From assembly GCA_030248215.1 (NCBI GenBank), contig JASANG010002214.1, positions 186,001 to 250,000 of the forward strand: 64,000 nucleotides of DNA. The letters are read 5' to 3'. The stretch comes from Enoplolaimus lenunculus. Its lineage: Eukaryota. Below are positions 46,855 through 59,390 of this stretch, piece by piece. Numbering within the stretch: position 1 is the first letter of the stretch; each line of letters opens with the position of its first letter. Below the pieces are notes generated by a model. That model was not told the origin of the DNA and made no database searches. It worked only from the letters and a program-made list of their open reading frames with translations. The position numbers and the translations under genes were made by a program.

Positions 46855-46939
46855 GGCGAGCTGCGTGGCGCAGTGGTAGAGTGTTCGCTTAAGGATCCGT
46901 AGCCTGAGAGTTCGATTCCTGTTTTGGAGGCCCGCTTTT
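46855..46939 (+). ncRNA. tRNA-derived Pol III cassette in TRIM LTR2 (pseudo-tRNA)
   Basis: A box TGGCGCAGTGGTAG (46866-46879), B box GAGTTCGATTCC (46908-46919), GCCCGC then TTTT. Confidence 0.65.
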
Positions 46940-47796
46940 ACAGCTGCTTAGTAAAAAAGGTCTGATGTCCTGGTACCTACTTAGACTGACAGGCATTAGA
47001 TTTAACAGGCATTAGATTTAACCTAGTCGACGACGTGCTTTGCGTTAATAGTGTTTGTGCATAGGGAATACGCCTCCAGTAATATGTTCGTTCACACCGT
47101 AAGTATTAAAGGACAGGGGTAGCGAAAGATGTCGCTACGGTGTGACGCTAGATTGTACAATACGTAGCTATGGAATTAAAGTTCACTTACAACAGAATAC
47201 AGTTCTTACTTGTACAAGCCCGTGTGTTAATAATGGCTAAATTTGCCGAAATTTCGAATAAACTGACTCTGTCACATTCGCAAAAATTTAGGTCACAACT
47301 GTTAAACTTAGAAATGTAACAAAACCTTTGAAGGATAATTCCATTATTTCGATATCCAGCTTTGCAAAATCTTATTGGTCGCTAATTCAAAAATCTCTGT
47401 GTATGAACACTGAGGGATGGGGAGCCGTTTTTGAGTATCCTCATTTTTGAATCTGTGAGTATCAAGCGTTTCCAATCAATGTTTTTCGCAGCATCTTTCT
47501 ATACCAAGAGATGAAGTTAGGATTCCAGCACTAAATTTTCCCGGTATTACTGGCCATGGTCTTATTTTGTTTAAACCTGCCAACAACTGTCTTGAAACTT
47601 CAAGACGCCTTAACCAGGGTGTAAACAGATAGAAATTATGGAAACGGAAGCGAATAGTGATCAAAATAACGGAAACGAAAACGGAAAACAAATACTTAAG
47701 CTTAAAAGTTTCGGCCGATGTAAAGATCAAGGGCGCAACATTTATCTGTGGGACTGCAATTGTGTAAGTTTAAGCTTCAGACAATCTTTTTGTTTG

Positions 47797-47890
47797 GCTT
47801 AGGCTTTAGGCTTAGGCTTAAGAATATGCTCATTCTTACTCTTAAGCTTTGCCTTAGGCTAGGCTTAGGCTAGTGCTTTAATAGGCTTAT
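47797..47890 (+). repeat. Degenerate TTAGGC hexamer cluster
   Basis: GGCTTAGGCTTTAGGCTTAGGCTTA and GCCTTAGGCTAGGCTTAGGC; similar clusters at ~6247, 57459-57530 and ~57897. Confidence 0.65.
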
Positions 47891-49651
47891 GAATATGGCT
47901 ATAATACTGTTTCGTCCCTGTTCTTTACTTTGACCGCGATTTTTAAGTATTTTTGAGCACAAAAATAGCAGAATTTCCGGTGTTTCTATAACAGAAACGG
48001 AAACGGACACCGATGATTACCGCAAACGGATATTCGGTCACACAACGCATTTTCAAGGCGAAAATGTTTGGAATTTCAGACATGTGGGTAGTTCTTGCGT
48101 CCTAGTTTGTGCGCCTAGCAGGATACAGCCAGAGATAAAGACGCCATGGCCGGCGCCGGACGCAGATCTCCAGTTGCACCCCAGATCTTTCTCAAGTCAG
48201 ACGATTAGAATGTAAGTGCAATATTTGGGTTGCTTGTATGTAATTATCAAGTGAAATAAGCATACTTTTCAGAATTGTGCAATATGAACCATTTTAAATT
48301 GGCTTTTTATATTGCCAGTTTAAGCTGACATCTGGAGGATCTGGGACCATGTTTTAGCGAAACATTAACGAGAACTACTGCTATGGGAAACACAAGAAAC
48401 AATGTTAAAATTGGCATTAAGATGTTGCTCAACAACGCATTTTCGTAATAAATATAAGATGTTTCTCATGACAAAAACATCTTAAAATGGCACAAAATGC
48501 TGCTTGACAACGCATTTTCGCAATAAATATATTTTATTTTTTATAAAAAAATCATGCGCATCGCCTTTGGTCTTTAAGTAGTATAATCAAATTGGGCTTC
48601 TAATCCACTCTAAATGATGCAAAGACCATATTTTGGCAAGCATTTCGCGGAATATTGCATTCTATGCACTGTGAAATACCAGTGACAACGTCATTGGTGA
48701 ATGTTTGATCGTAGATCAAAGGTATGTTCATTGTCATGCGTAATTACTGTGGCATATTCTACCAGCAAAGTTCAACTCTTGTGTATATACTCTTAGACTT
48801 ACACTAAATATGATAGTGAACCAACAGTAGTTTTTAATCCCGTATTCAGTCATTATTCCACAAATTTTCAATTTCAAAGGTGGAAACATGTTATCCTTAG
48901 GACATCTAGGCAACTGTTTTGTCTCCAACTAAGGTGTACTCTAGATTTAAAGTGTATGACCGCACATGCCCTAATTGCTTTTAGCAGTGGACGCATACTA
49001 AAAATAAGTTTGCACGTGCATTTTTTCATTTCTGTTGATGAAAAAACCTGTACCCACTTCTTGCTGAGACCTTTTTTATGCCGTCAGAGGATTTAGAGAC
49101 TCTATCCGGTTACGGACTCTTTTAGGGATACGGACTCCTATTGATTGGGACTCAAAATGGAGACCCCCTCTTATTACCCCACACCCTCTTATTCGGGTCG
49201 CTACAGCAGGTAGTTTAAATGATGTTTGATTTGATAATTTTAGCAAATATCTGCGCAATGTGTTGTTAAATCGGTCACTTAATACGCTTGTTTTTTACAA
49301 AATCTCGGCAATTCTTTCCTCAAAAATTGTGCCAAAAAACGAAACGCATCAAACAGTTAAATTTTGTAAAACTACACAACATTTCACAACCAAAATTGCC
49401 AGAACTTCCGGCAAAAATTATGCCGGAGCCGGAAGCAGACCTCCGGTTGTATCTGGATGGATATATACTCCAGTAAAAAATTTCACATTTTTCCAAAAGG
49501 CAATGAAACCCAGATCATCTGAAACGCTTTTATCTTAGCACACGAGCTGTCTAGAATACATATAACTGCAAACAAAGAAGTTTTCAATTAACTAGTGATT
49601 CAATCTTAACATTGGCTAATTTCTGATATCTTAAGTACTTATTTTAAGTTA

Positions 49652-50013
49652 CTGTAGTGACCCGAATAAGAGGGGGACTGTTTTCAACCCACGCGCCGCT
49701 GCCCTTCGTTAGATATATCCGGTACTGCAATTATCCGCTGAATTAAACGTTTATTTGTCTTGTCAATAGCTTGAGCGATAATGCAAGGTTACACTTAGGA
49801 ATATACTTTCAAAACTTAAGTATGATTTAAAGAATCGAACTCAAATTATTTGGTTCTGGAGTCATTTATGCGCTACAATTAGGGATAATTGACATTTATG
49901 GACTCTAATTCGGGTTTAGGGACTCTATCTGCTTACGGACTCTTATTTGGGATACAAACTCCAATTGAGTCGGACTCAAAATGGGGACACCCCTCTTATT
50001 CGGGTCAGTACAG
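49652..50013. mobile_element. Tc1/mariner-like MITE
   Basis: 24-bp TIR CTGTAGTGACCCGAATAAGAGGGG (one mismatch) flanked by TA on both sides; an orphan right end lies at ~49184-49206. Confidence 0.75.
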
Positions 50014-50018
50014 TATTT

Positions 50019-50227
50019 TTCATATCCGGTGCCCATTTATAGTATATACGGCCCGCGGCGCCGATGGATGCAGCGTCATATTGAGGGTGGCGTTATACTC
50101 GTCGAGCGGCGCCGTCCGTCACTCGCCTGGCGTCGTCCATTGACAAGAATTTTGTCAGCCATTTTTGTACGATACACGTCGATTTTTGACGCCTGCATTA
50201 TAATTGCCCTCTCATTCCTTGCAAACA
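50019..50227 (+). repeat. Dispersed repeat of about 210 bp, copy 1
   Basis: TTCATATCCGGTGCCCATTTATAGTATATACGGCCCGCGG.. is repeated at 59181-59390. Confidence 0.85.
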
Positions 50228-51497
50228 TATAATAGAGTTACAAAGATTTCTGCCAACACAACTGAGGCATATTCACGGGACTTTCTGAAATTTTAAAGAA
50301 AAAAATGGCGGATGTATCGAAATTTTTATAAGCCTTCGTGGCAGGTTGCCAAAGCAGTTATTTCACCGTATTAACTACTAACATTCAACTCAGCTCGCCA
50401 ACGTGCGTCAAATGGTGTAAAATGTTGAACTTTTTGACAAAATCTTATTCTGTGGCTCATTTACACCTGGCGGTGAACAAACTAAAGCCGGAAGTAAGCG
50501 CACTTGGTTCACAAAATTTTAATTAATTGGTGCTAGTGGCGAACAATTCGGTCCACACACCCAGCATTTTTTATCCGACCCGCGCTTTATCCGCGCAAAT
50601 ATGAATTTGTTACTCGCGGGTATACTCGCGCAAAAAGATAATACGCGCGATCCACCTTTTACCAGCGCCTGAAGATAAACCAGTATTTTAAAGATCGCAG
50701 GTGCTTTGCACTTTAAATGAAGTTTTCGCTTCAACGAGGTTTACACACGAAAGTTTCCTATAATCAACAAAATTTCAAACCAAACTAAATAAACCATCGT
50801 ACAGCAACTGACCGGAATAAAACAGCCGATATCGTATGTGTTGCACCTTAAAACTTAAGTTTGACGCTTATTTACCCGCGTGATACAATTATTTTACTCG
50901 CGGATATACCGCGGCTGAAATTCTTTACCCGACCCGGTCATCAGTGCTAATTTGTCAGAAACATGATCTGAGCGAATTAAACAAATTTTTGTTTCGGGCC
51001 AGTCTACAGCTGAATGCCGGAACAGTAACAGAGCCTCGGTGCATTGATAAAGCTTTATTGCATTTGGTATATATAATTGTAATAAACCTTTCAAATATCG
51101 AAGTTTAACGAATACGCACGTTGACAAAACGTTTTAAATAAAGTCCAATAAGCGTTGGACTGCCAAATCAACATCCGTATTCAAAAACGAACGAGATAGT
51201 TCAATAAGGGGAAAATTGCATATCTTGAAGGAAAAAGCAATGGGGGGCAGGAGGGATTTAAGTACCTAAAAACAAATATTTTTAAAATTCATGTGTCTGT
51301 CGAATGAACAAGGAAAGTTAATATCAGAAGCTCAGAATATGCAAAATTCGTTTAAAATCCGACCATTTTTGGACATAACGGAAAAAACTCGTATTTATCG
51401 CTCACACATTCCGCGAAAATGCAATTGCTTTCTGTTATTATGAATGTACAGTTTTTCCTTCATGGACAGATTAATAATCTAAACCAATGCATGCGTT

Positions 51498-54400
51498 TTA
51501 TTTTTTACGCTTACAACATTTTCGCTTCTTACTATACGAGCGAACGCTTTCACAAACAATACCAATACTCTGCGAGCCGTCGTCTGTTAGCCTCAAATTG
51601 TCACTGTTGCATATAGGATGACAATTTTCACTAGCCATAATATGTTGTACGTCGTCGTCACCACGTACAACAAGAAATCGAAGTCTATTCGTAAACTGAA
51701 CCAAAATTTCGCGGCAATCGTAAAATTCCGCGTCTATCATCACATCTAAAAAGTTTTCCATCGAATATCGTTTCACTTTCAGTGCCGCAATCAAATCATA
51801 CAGTTTGCGTCCGTTATAGCATTGGGAAATTGATAAATACTGCGAACTATCAGCGCCAATTTGGATTTGCACACCTACTCGAGGAGGTTTACCAGAAAGT
51901 TCAGTGTTGCCTGCGCTTAAAGATTCACGCCGAAACGTACTTTCAGATCGCTCGTTGTCTACCGTACCCGAAACAACAGCATCAAATAGTTGTAACAACA
52001 ACGCAAACGTACGATAACAAGCCTGCCATTCGTTTAGATAATGCACAATCGACAAATCAAAGCTTGACTTACGAACTTTGGCACGCTCAAGGCTACAAGT
52101 AGCACATGCTGTATTTATACTACCGGTAAACGCTTTCCACTTCAAAGCAAAACGCTGCTTCTCTGAATCGTAATCATGTTTCGTTGTCGAAAACAAACTC
52201 GATGCTGAAGACTCTAATTGCTCGCTGTAACCTTTATCATTTCCAGTAGAGCCCTTACCGTCAACTGGCGTTTGCGTATCGGTTGATTTAAACGTTTCAC
52301 TGCCAATCACATTAGTATGATCAGAAACTTGGTCTCCGTCACTGCGTATTACTCTGTACAATAAAAAATCAACATCAATCAAATCACTCTGACAAATACA
52401 GTTATTTTCAATGAATCCGCTCAATACTGACATTGCTAATAGCATCGTAAGTGCTTCGGTAACTAGCATCGCATACTCACAAGCAGTATGTCGCAACCAA
52501 TACGACGTAACTAACAAAAATAATCTATAATCACTTAAAGTAGAGTTAAGACGTATTATTTTCGCCGGGATCCCAATTTTAAGTATTTCTAGCAGCTGTA
52601 TTAATTTCAATTCATAATTAGTATGGTCTTCCACTTGGTCTACAGGACTACATGATACTAATTTCCATATCCCATCGATACTTGTTTCTTCAGAAGTTAA
52701 AACTGTACGGTTCGGATACTGTTTGTTTACCCTGCAATATTCTGTAATTTCAACCTTGGACTGTTTGAAAATTTTCCCAGCTAAAACAATATACATCGTT
52801 CGCCAGAGTGACTTGGAACACTCATCAATAGAAGGCAGAGTAAAATCTTCGATTTGAGGGGTGATAAAATTTCGTTGTGTAATTATTAAATTTAAATGAG
52901 TAGACATAATCCGGCCAGTTGCGTACGCATCGTACAAAAAGCGCGAAATGCGTTCAATATCGCTATATACAGACGCCAGACGACTGTTGGAAATCAACTT
53001 TTGAAACACTTCGAACTGTTGCAGACGTAAAGCTTGCAGTGTAACGTGAAACTCGCATTTCATGTCAGACGGCACTAGATCGTTTGAGAGCAAGCACGTA
53101 GCACTATACACATGAATATTATGGTCGAACGCAGCCTGAAGCCGAAAACAAAAACTTAATCAATAATATGATAAGTATAAATATGTTTTTCTGACAAATG
53201 CTCAAAACTTAATTGAAAAATCTCGGCGTTTTCAATGATCGCCCATTTCTCTTAATTTGCAAATACTGGAAAGCATATTAAATTTCATTGTTTGATGTGG
53301 AAATGCATACAACAGTGGCTTCATATATCTATATTCGAGTTCTTGATGTATGAGCTGTCCTAGTATCGAATTTAACAAAGTTAATCATGAATAACCATAC
53401 AAAAAGCATTTATGCAGTTTCACCGATCGTATACAATCCATAATGTGAAAACCGCAGTCAAAAATGTGAAAAAATTACCAGTAGTGAATATTCTCATTAC
53501 GCTTAACTTCCAAGTTATATGAAATTGTAAAAAGCGAAACCAAAAATTACTCCAGCTTTAAAGCATATATCGTACCTTTAGAGGCGGTCGCTCATCTTTT
53601 GGTACATGCGTCAAAATACTTTCTATTGCATCGGTCACTGACATTCCAGCGATCCATTTGAATATCGCGATCAAAATCGTATCTGGATGAACTGAACGTA
53701 ACTGGCGCACCGAAGCGGAGGTTTTGTTGGCATTTTTAGTTTTACGATTTTTCTGGGTTTTCTTGTAGTAATTTGGATGATCAATTGGAACTTGTTTTAG
53801 AAACGATGCAAATTTATTCCGAGATCCACAAAAATCATTGCCCGCAACAGTTGCAAACACTGGAAGCAGTTCTAAAACATTCACAAACAAACATTATAAA
53901 AAGGTTGCGAACGATTTGCCCTGGCCTGTGTTGCATTTGTGATAAGCATTTTCTATCAATGTCGTGCAACAGCAACAGTAATCAAAACAAACATACGAGA
54001 TATTATTATGTACGTGGCAGGGGCATAAAAATTTTGACTTCTACGGCCCAGAACGTTATTCTAATACCCATAAAAACGTTTTTCTCGTCTATACAAAGTT
54101 TTGTGAGGGATATAGCCAACTATTTCTCCTTTTATACGACCATAATACGTATGTAGTGCACTCAAAAACATAACACATGAAGTTTCAAAACTTTATAACT
54201 TTCAAACACAACAGCTCACATTTAAGCGTACTGACAAATGAAAACTAAGAACTAATGCGCCATCCACAATAATTTTGTCAACGGTGCCACAAAATAACTT
54301 GTAGGCCAGGAATATGACTTGTTATTTCTGAGAACGAGCTTGTGAAAGCCACGGTTTATTAGAGGAAGGCTCTGACACCTGCTAGTCCTGGTCAATAAAA

Positions 54401-57076
54401 GTTCTCTTTTAGCCCCTAACAGCGCCTTCCTTGAAACTCTCGATAGCTCGGGGCTATCACAAAATTTAACCTTATACTTATACAAATTTTTACGTTCATA
54501 ACACTTGTGTGTTATAAAACTTGAGGCTTCGGAGAAAAATTATGAATTTTGACCTTTTAAACCAAAAAACTTTACAATTCTAATGCTTTACAACTTTCGA
54601 TAACTCATGTCAATGAGCAGTTTTGTGGCAGACAAAAATTATCGAATTTTGAGCGAATTTTAAATATTTTTGAGGCTTTCGATTTTCAGGCATACTCAAG
54701 ACTTTGAAAATTTTCGAGGGTTCCGGGATTGAAAACAAACCAAACGTTGCACCAGTTTCAAGAAACATCCGAGAAAACATAATTCGCCCGTCAAACGTAT
54801 GGACCAAAATAGCAACCTTCATCTGCCCTATGCTGCGCGTAACAAATAGTAATCATCAAGCCTATGATGCGCGTCCATAATATGCATATATACATAGCTG
54901 GTCATGTATACACTTTTATAAGTATATAATATTATCTTTATATTAAAATTTAATGCTAACACAAGATCGTTTTCAAAATGAAGCCGTGATAGCCATGGTT
55001 TATAAGAGGTTTTGTGGCACCGTTAACAAAACTGTGAACAGCGGATAACCTGCTTCCAGTCCTGGGAAACATTCCAACAAACGCGAGTAGTGATATTTTC
55101 TACACTGCAATCCGCGGCCAGCTTGAGTTGTTTTCCATTCGAAATAATCAATTGGGATATAGCCTTCGTTCAGTTGGAATATGAAGTAATCGCTGTCTTG
55201 GCCAAGCAACGGACAGTTGTAATAATTCGCCACAGACGCTGCTACACTGTCCGCTTCAGATACGCACTAAAATACTTAAATAAACAAAACTATACAAACA
55301 CAGTTAAAGGAAATGTCGATGCAAAAAATTTCAATTTGTTAAAGGTAAGGGTATCAATTTTGTTAATTTTAGTCATGTGAACAATATTTTAAAAAACAAT
55401 GAATCTCCACATATAAACGGTTACCATGCGCGATCAACCGCTTTATCGCTTTTGTTTTAATAAAAATACAAAATGATACGGACAAACAGTTGCAAACCAT
55501 CATAATTATTTATAATTTATCTTTTTGGGTGATTAGTGTAGAAGCTAAAAACGATACCTATTATGCTAACTTTTCAAAGTTGCAACACCATACATCATGT
55601 GTTATGCATTTTCGTTGCTGACTTCGGTCCGAAAATCAAGCCAGCCGCAGGTTTATCTTCACTTACATCACGGGCAGAAATTCCGCCTCTGGCTCCGGTA
55701 TTTTTGATATCCGGTTACGCCGTGATGGATATAGACATTGGTTGAAAACCAGCAACTCACGTTAAAATATAAAATATCATTCAGTTGCATTGACAATAGA
55801 AATACGTTCCCAGCTAACATTGGAACGACTTGATTGCTATTGCGGCCGCGTAGCTGAAGTTCAACACTTTTAATCCGAGACCGTTTACTGAAATGCAATT
55901 TTATTATGTCACTAATTTTTCAAAATATTATTTCGAAAATATTACGTCATCTTTTACTAGAAATACGAAAACAGCAGTTATTCTAATAATTATTTCTTTA
56001 TGTCTGTCAAATTTTACTTACAGGTTCTCAGCTATAATTTGTGCCTTCAAAACAAAGCCCTACGGCCAAAACTATCGGGTTCGTTTTTTTGGTTTTCACA
56101 AACTTCAGGTGCGAATCCGAATTTAACATTTGAGAGACTCCAAGACATGGATCTGAGTGTCGTTATTTCAGAAATTCGTGATCCGATTATTTTATTTTTA
56201 AACGTTGTAACTCTAACAACTCTAGTCGTAATATGCTCACCGTTGTAACAACGTTTGCAGCTTGCTATCATCGGGATCGACCATTCCGTCCATAATGACA
56301 CAAACATCGACAGAAGCAGCTTTAAGCGAAGACCAAAACTCGTTACACGCCGTCATATATTGATCATAATCACCCGAATGCACCGAATCGGCACCACTTA
56401 GTCGAAACAACTGAAAACAATTATAGGTAACCTCAGATAAACCTGTACATTTAAAGTTTGGCTCAATCACACGCTGGTAATGTGAAAATTAAACGCAATG
56501 AAAACAATGTTCACAATTTCGCAATCCTTCCGTAGTTTAGAATCCTAGAGCGAATATGCAGTTAAAAGTGCTCACAAAACCTTGAAACAGACAATGTAGA
56601 ACTAGTAACAACCAGTGGCGGATCCAGAAATTTCATAACGAAGGTCCACAGAGGCGGAAAACTCGCGAGCGATCAGCCAAATGCAATATTAGTTCAAAAC
56701 CATAATACGAAATTTTCCTTTTGAGAAAGGCTGGAAGTCATAGGTTTGGCTGGTCCGCTTGACCCTGTAAGTGATGATAACAACGTTACAAATACCACCA
56801 AACACAACATAGCAAAACACTCTTATCATCAATCAAAATACTTCAACGAGCGCATTGCTGAAATTCACACCTTCACCTTTGCATACGATGATGCGCTTTT
56901 GATTAAAGTAAAAATATTTTATAACATACCATTGTTATTACGTATAGTACAAAGCACTGTAATACCTGATAGGACAGTCCACATCCATCGACTACTAGAC
57001 GGGATGACTTCAATTGACAAGTTTCAAACAAATGACCGTTTTCATTTATCAGAGAAGTCAAGCCTAGCACACCCAT
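51498..57076 (-). CDS. ASTE1: Protein asteroid homolog 1 (XPG/FEN1-like PIN nuclease), 852 aa, 6 exons
   Basis: Exons 57076-56966, 56410-56241, 55887-55761, 55266-55050, 53871-53576, 53135-51498 join in phase (2559 nt). Motifs MGVLGLTSLI, VVDG, GDYDQY, VIMDG..D..KLQTL, SEADSVAASVANYYNCPLLGQDSDYFIF and LLPVFATVAGND match the asteroid family. Confidence 0.88.
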
Positions 57077-57181
57077 AATGCTATTTCTTGAATAGTCACT
57101 TAGATCGCGCACGCCGCATGGACATTAATGTGTATATCCGTTGATTATAACGAATTATGATTGTTGCTGTACACGTATGCT

Positions 57182-57366
57182 CAGTGCCGGAGCAGGCAGG
57201 GGTGGGGGCTACCCCTAAAATCCAGGCTGGGGCTCCCCAAACTCGTGAGCGAGAAGCCAGATGCATTTTAAAATTTAACCGGTTTTATATTCAACCGGTT
57301 AGGGTGGGGGCCCCTTTAGAAATGCCCCCCCAAATAGGGGTATGGGGGGTGGCTGCTCCGACCCTG
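57182..57366. mobile_element. GC-rich hAT-like MITE upstream of ASTE1
   Basis: CAGTGCCGGAGCAG / CTGCTCCGACCCTG ends; TSD CGTATGCT/CATATGCT. Confidence 0.75.
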
Positions 57367-58113
57367 CATATGCTTTTGTAGACAAGAAATTCAATATAAC
57401 TCAGAGCAGCTCCAATTATTGAGATAATGATCGTAAATTTTACTGGCAACTTTTTTTGCTTAGGCTTAAACTTAGGTTTAGGCTTAGGTCATCCATAAGC
57501 TTAGCCTTAGGAATATGCTTTAGGGCTTTAAATCGTGATTACAGTTTCACTTTTACTGTCGGCTTTTAACCGATGCGATTGAAAATATATCGCAAATGCA
57601 GTGAACGCAATCGTGGTACTGTGTACCACCGAATGCAGTCCAACAACGCTGTTTTTGTTCATTATAATTCATAATATAACGATTCATCGAGTGTTAGTTT
57701 TTTCTTCGCCTAAGTCTTATAGTGTTGTGGTAGATACTAGTGATGGGCGTTGGATATTTTTTCATATTCAGCGTAGGTGGCTCTGCCACTCTTAAACCTA
57801 TTTCAAATTAAAAGCTAAAACTTAAAATAAAACCAAATATCAAAACCACACCTTAAGGGAGTCCCTGGCTCCACCTAGTCTCTCTTAGAACTTAAGTTAG
57901 GCTTAGGCGTTGCTACAAGGTGTAGAATTAGTAAAATCGGTGCTATGGCGGCTGTGTCCGCAATGTAAACTTACCTGGGCCCTGCTTGGCCGTACAATGT
58001 TGTTCAATGTTGTTGAATATTATTTCATATCATTTTGGCCTATGCTGCGGCTAAGGACATAGCTAGGCTATGTCATCACCAATATGGTGCTTTATATTAT
58101 GTGTGTCTAGGGG

Positions 58114-58120
58114 TATTATT

Positions 58121-58151
<31 letters not shown>
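58114..58151 (+). repeat. (TAT)n(TGT)n microsatellite
   Basis: Read directly from the sequence. Confidence 0.9.
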
Positions 58152-59180
58152 CGGAAGGTGTACCAGGGTGATTGGCTCTGTACCTAAACTACATCGGCGG
58201 ACACCCAATTGTGATTGTCGGCAATATGCAAATTAGGTCGAGACGCGCATGGGGTAGCCGGGACCGGAATCAGTATGGTATTCTTAGCTGGTGAAAGTGG
58301 TTGAACAGAATTTCTACAGAGCTTGCGTGTGACTATTCTTTTGGCTTTTGAGTTTATCTGGTGCGAACGGTATAGGATTGTTGGTAAGTAAGCCTTGATT
58401 AAATTTATGTTTCGGTTTGCCACGGAGGCGTGCATTATGTGAAGGAACTCGGGATAGTGATTAGTATTTGTGTGGCGCAGGGCGCAGGTTTACCCAGTAT
58501 TGGATACTGCTGTCATGTGTTAACGGGAAACTTGGGAGTATTAGGAGAACCTGGGAAAACGTAGTCTATATTGGTATCGGTAAAGCCAGTGGCTGGATTA
58601 AAACAGATTCAGACATAGGCCTTAAGGATTCCGGATCAGGCTGCAAGTTAAATTACATAACCTGTGATTTGCTTGTAATACTCGGTGTTGTAAAGGATTT
58701 GGGTTTGTTTAATAAACATTTACCGGCCGCGTTTACTAAATCAGAGCGATAAGCATACATCGAGAAAAGAACTGCATGAAAGGATATAGGATACAGGGCT
58801 GAGCTAAAATCACGAACTTCTCACATCCAGCAATTCTTGCAAGATTTTTATCCGTATATCCGAAATTAAATTTTGTAATTAAATAGGATATCCGAAATTC
58901 GATGGTGTATATTTGGGTTTCCGAACCTCTATTTCGTTTCTTAAACGCTTGTTTTAACTGGTTGCCGTAAAGGAAGTAACCAAGACCCATAAAGTGATTG
59001 TTATGAGCGTATATTTATAATGCAACTGACTCAATAGTTCTGGGTATTCGGTTTTAAACTTGTTTTGCTCGGGCTTAAGCTTAAGTTTTGTTTTAGATTT
59101 GTGTTTATTTACGCTCAGGCTTAAACTCAGCCGGAAACACACCTCCGCTTATACCCTGCCGGACACATATCCGGATATTG

Positions 59181-59390
59181 TTCATATCCGGTGCCCATTT
59201 ATAGTATATACGGCCCGCGGTGCCGATGGATGCAGTGTCATATTAAGGATGGCGCTATACTCGTCGTCGTGCGGAGCCGTTCGTCACCCATCCGGTGCCG
59301 CCCATTGACAAGGATTTGTCAGCCGTTTTCGTACAATACACATCGAATTTTAACGCCTGGATTAAAATTGCTTTCTCATTCTGTGCAAAC
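59181..59390 (+). repeat. Dispersed repeat of about 210 bp, copy 2
   Basis: Same orientation as 50019-50227, moderately diverged. Confidence 0.85.

Larger units (their letters stand above)
46368..46991 (+). mobile_element. Complete TRIM (non-autonomous miniature LTR retrotransposon) with tRNA-like Pol III cassette in both LTRs
   Basis: LTR1 46368-46624 and LTR2 46732-46991, both TGTAA..CTGACA, differ by about 18 substitutions and 2 indels. The 107-bp interior starts TGGGGGCT (tRNA-Pro-like PBS) and ends GAAAATTGGGGCA (PPT-like). TSD GGCAT at 46363-46367 and 46992-46996. Confidence 0.88.
39441..47036 (+). mobile_element. Tandem array of a decayed LTR retroelement (LTR-internal-LTR-internal-LTR)
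   Basis: Three LTR-like direct repeats: 39441-40193 (5'-truncated), ~43377-44320, and 45639-47036 (3'-truncated, interrupted by the TRIM). The first two end in CCGACA followed by TGGTGAGCATGA / TGGTGACCACGA (tRNA-Trp-like PBS). Purine-rich AAGAAGGCGATA precedes the middle LTR. The two internal regions are near-identical apart from deletions. Confidence 0.75.

Noticed and set aside
46489..46939. Two functional tRNA genes
   Set aside because: A/B boxes are present but the acceptor, anticodon and T stems do not form a cloverleaf, and both lie in LTRs.
39441..47036. CRISPR array or prokaryotic defence system
   Set aside because: Repeats are long LTR-type units without repeat-spacer periodicity; the DNA is eukaryotic and no cas genes are present.
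47797..47890. True telomere or chromosome end
   Set aside because: Only a few degenerate units, in the middle of gene-bearing sequence.
48404..48532. Imperfect ~50-bp direct repeat with an intervening hairpin
   Set aside because: Two diverged AT-rich units only; no function can be supported.
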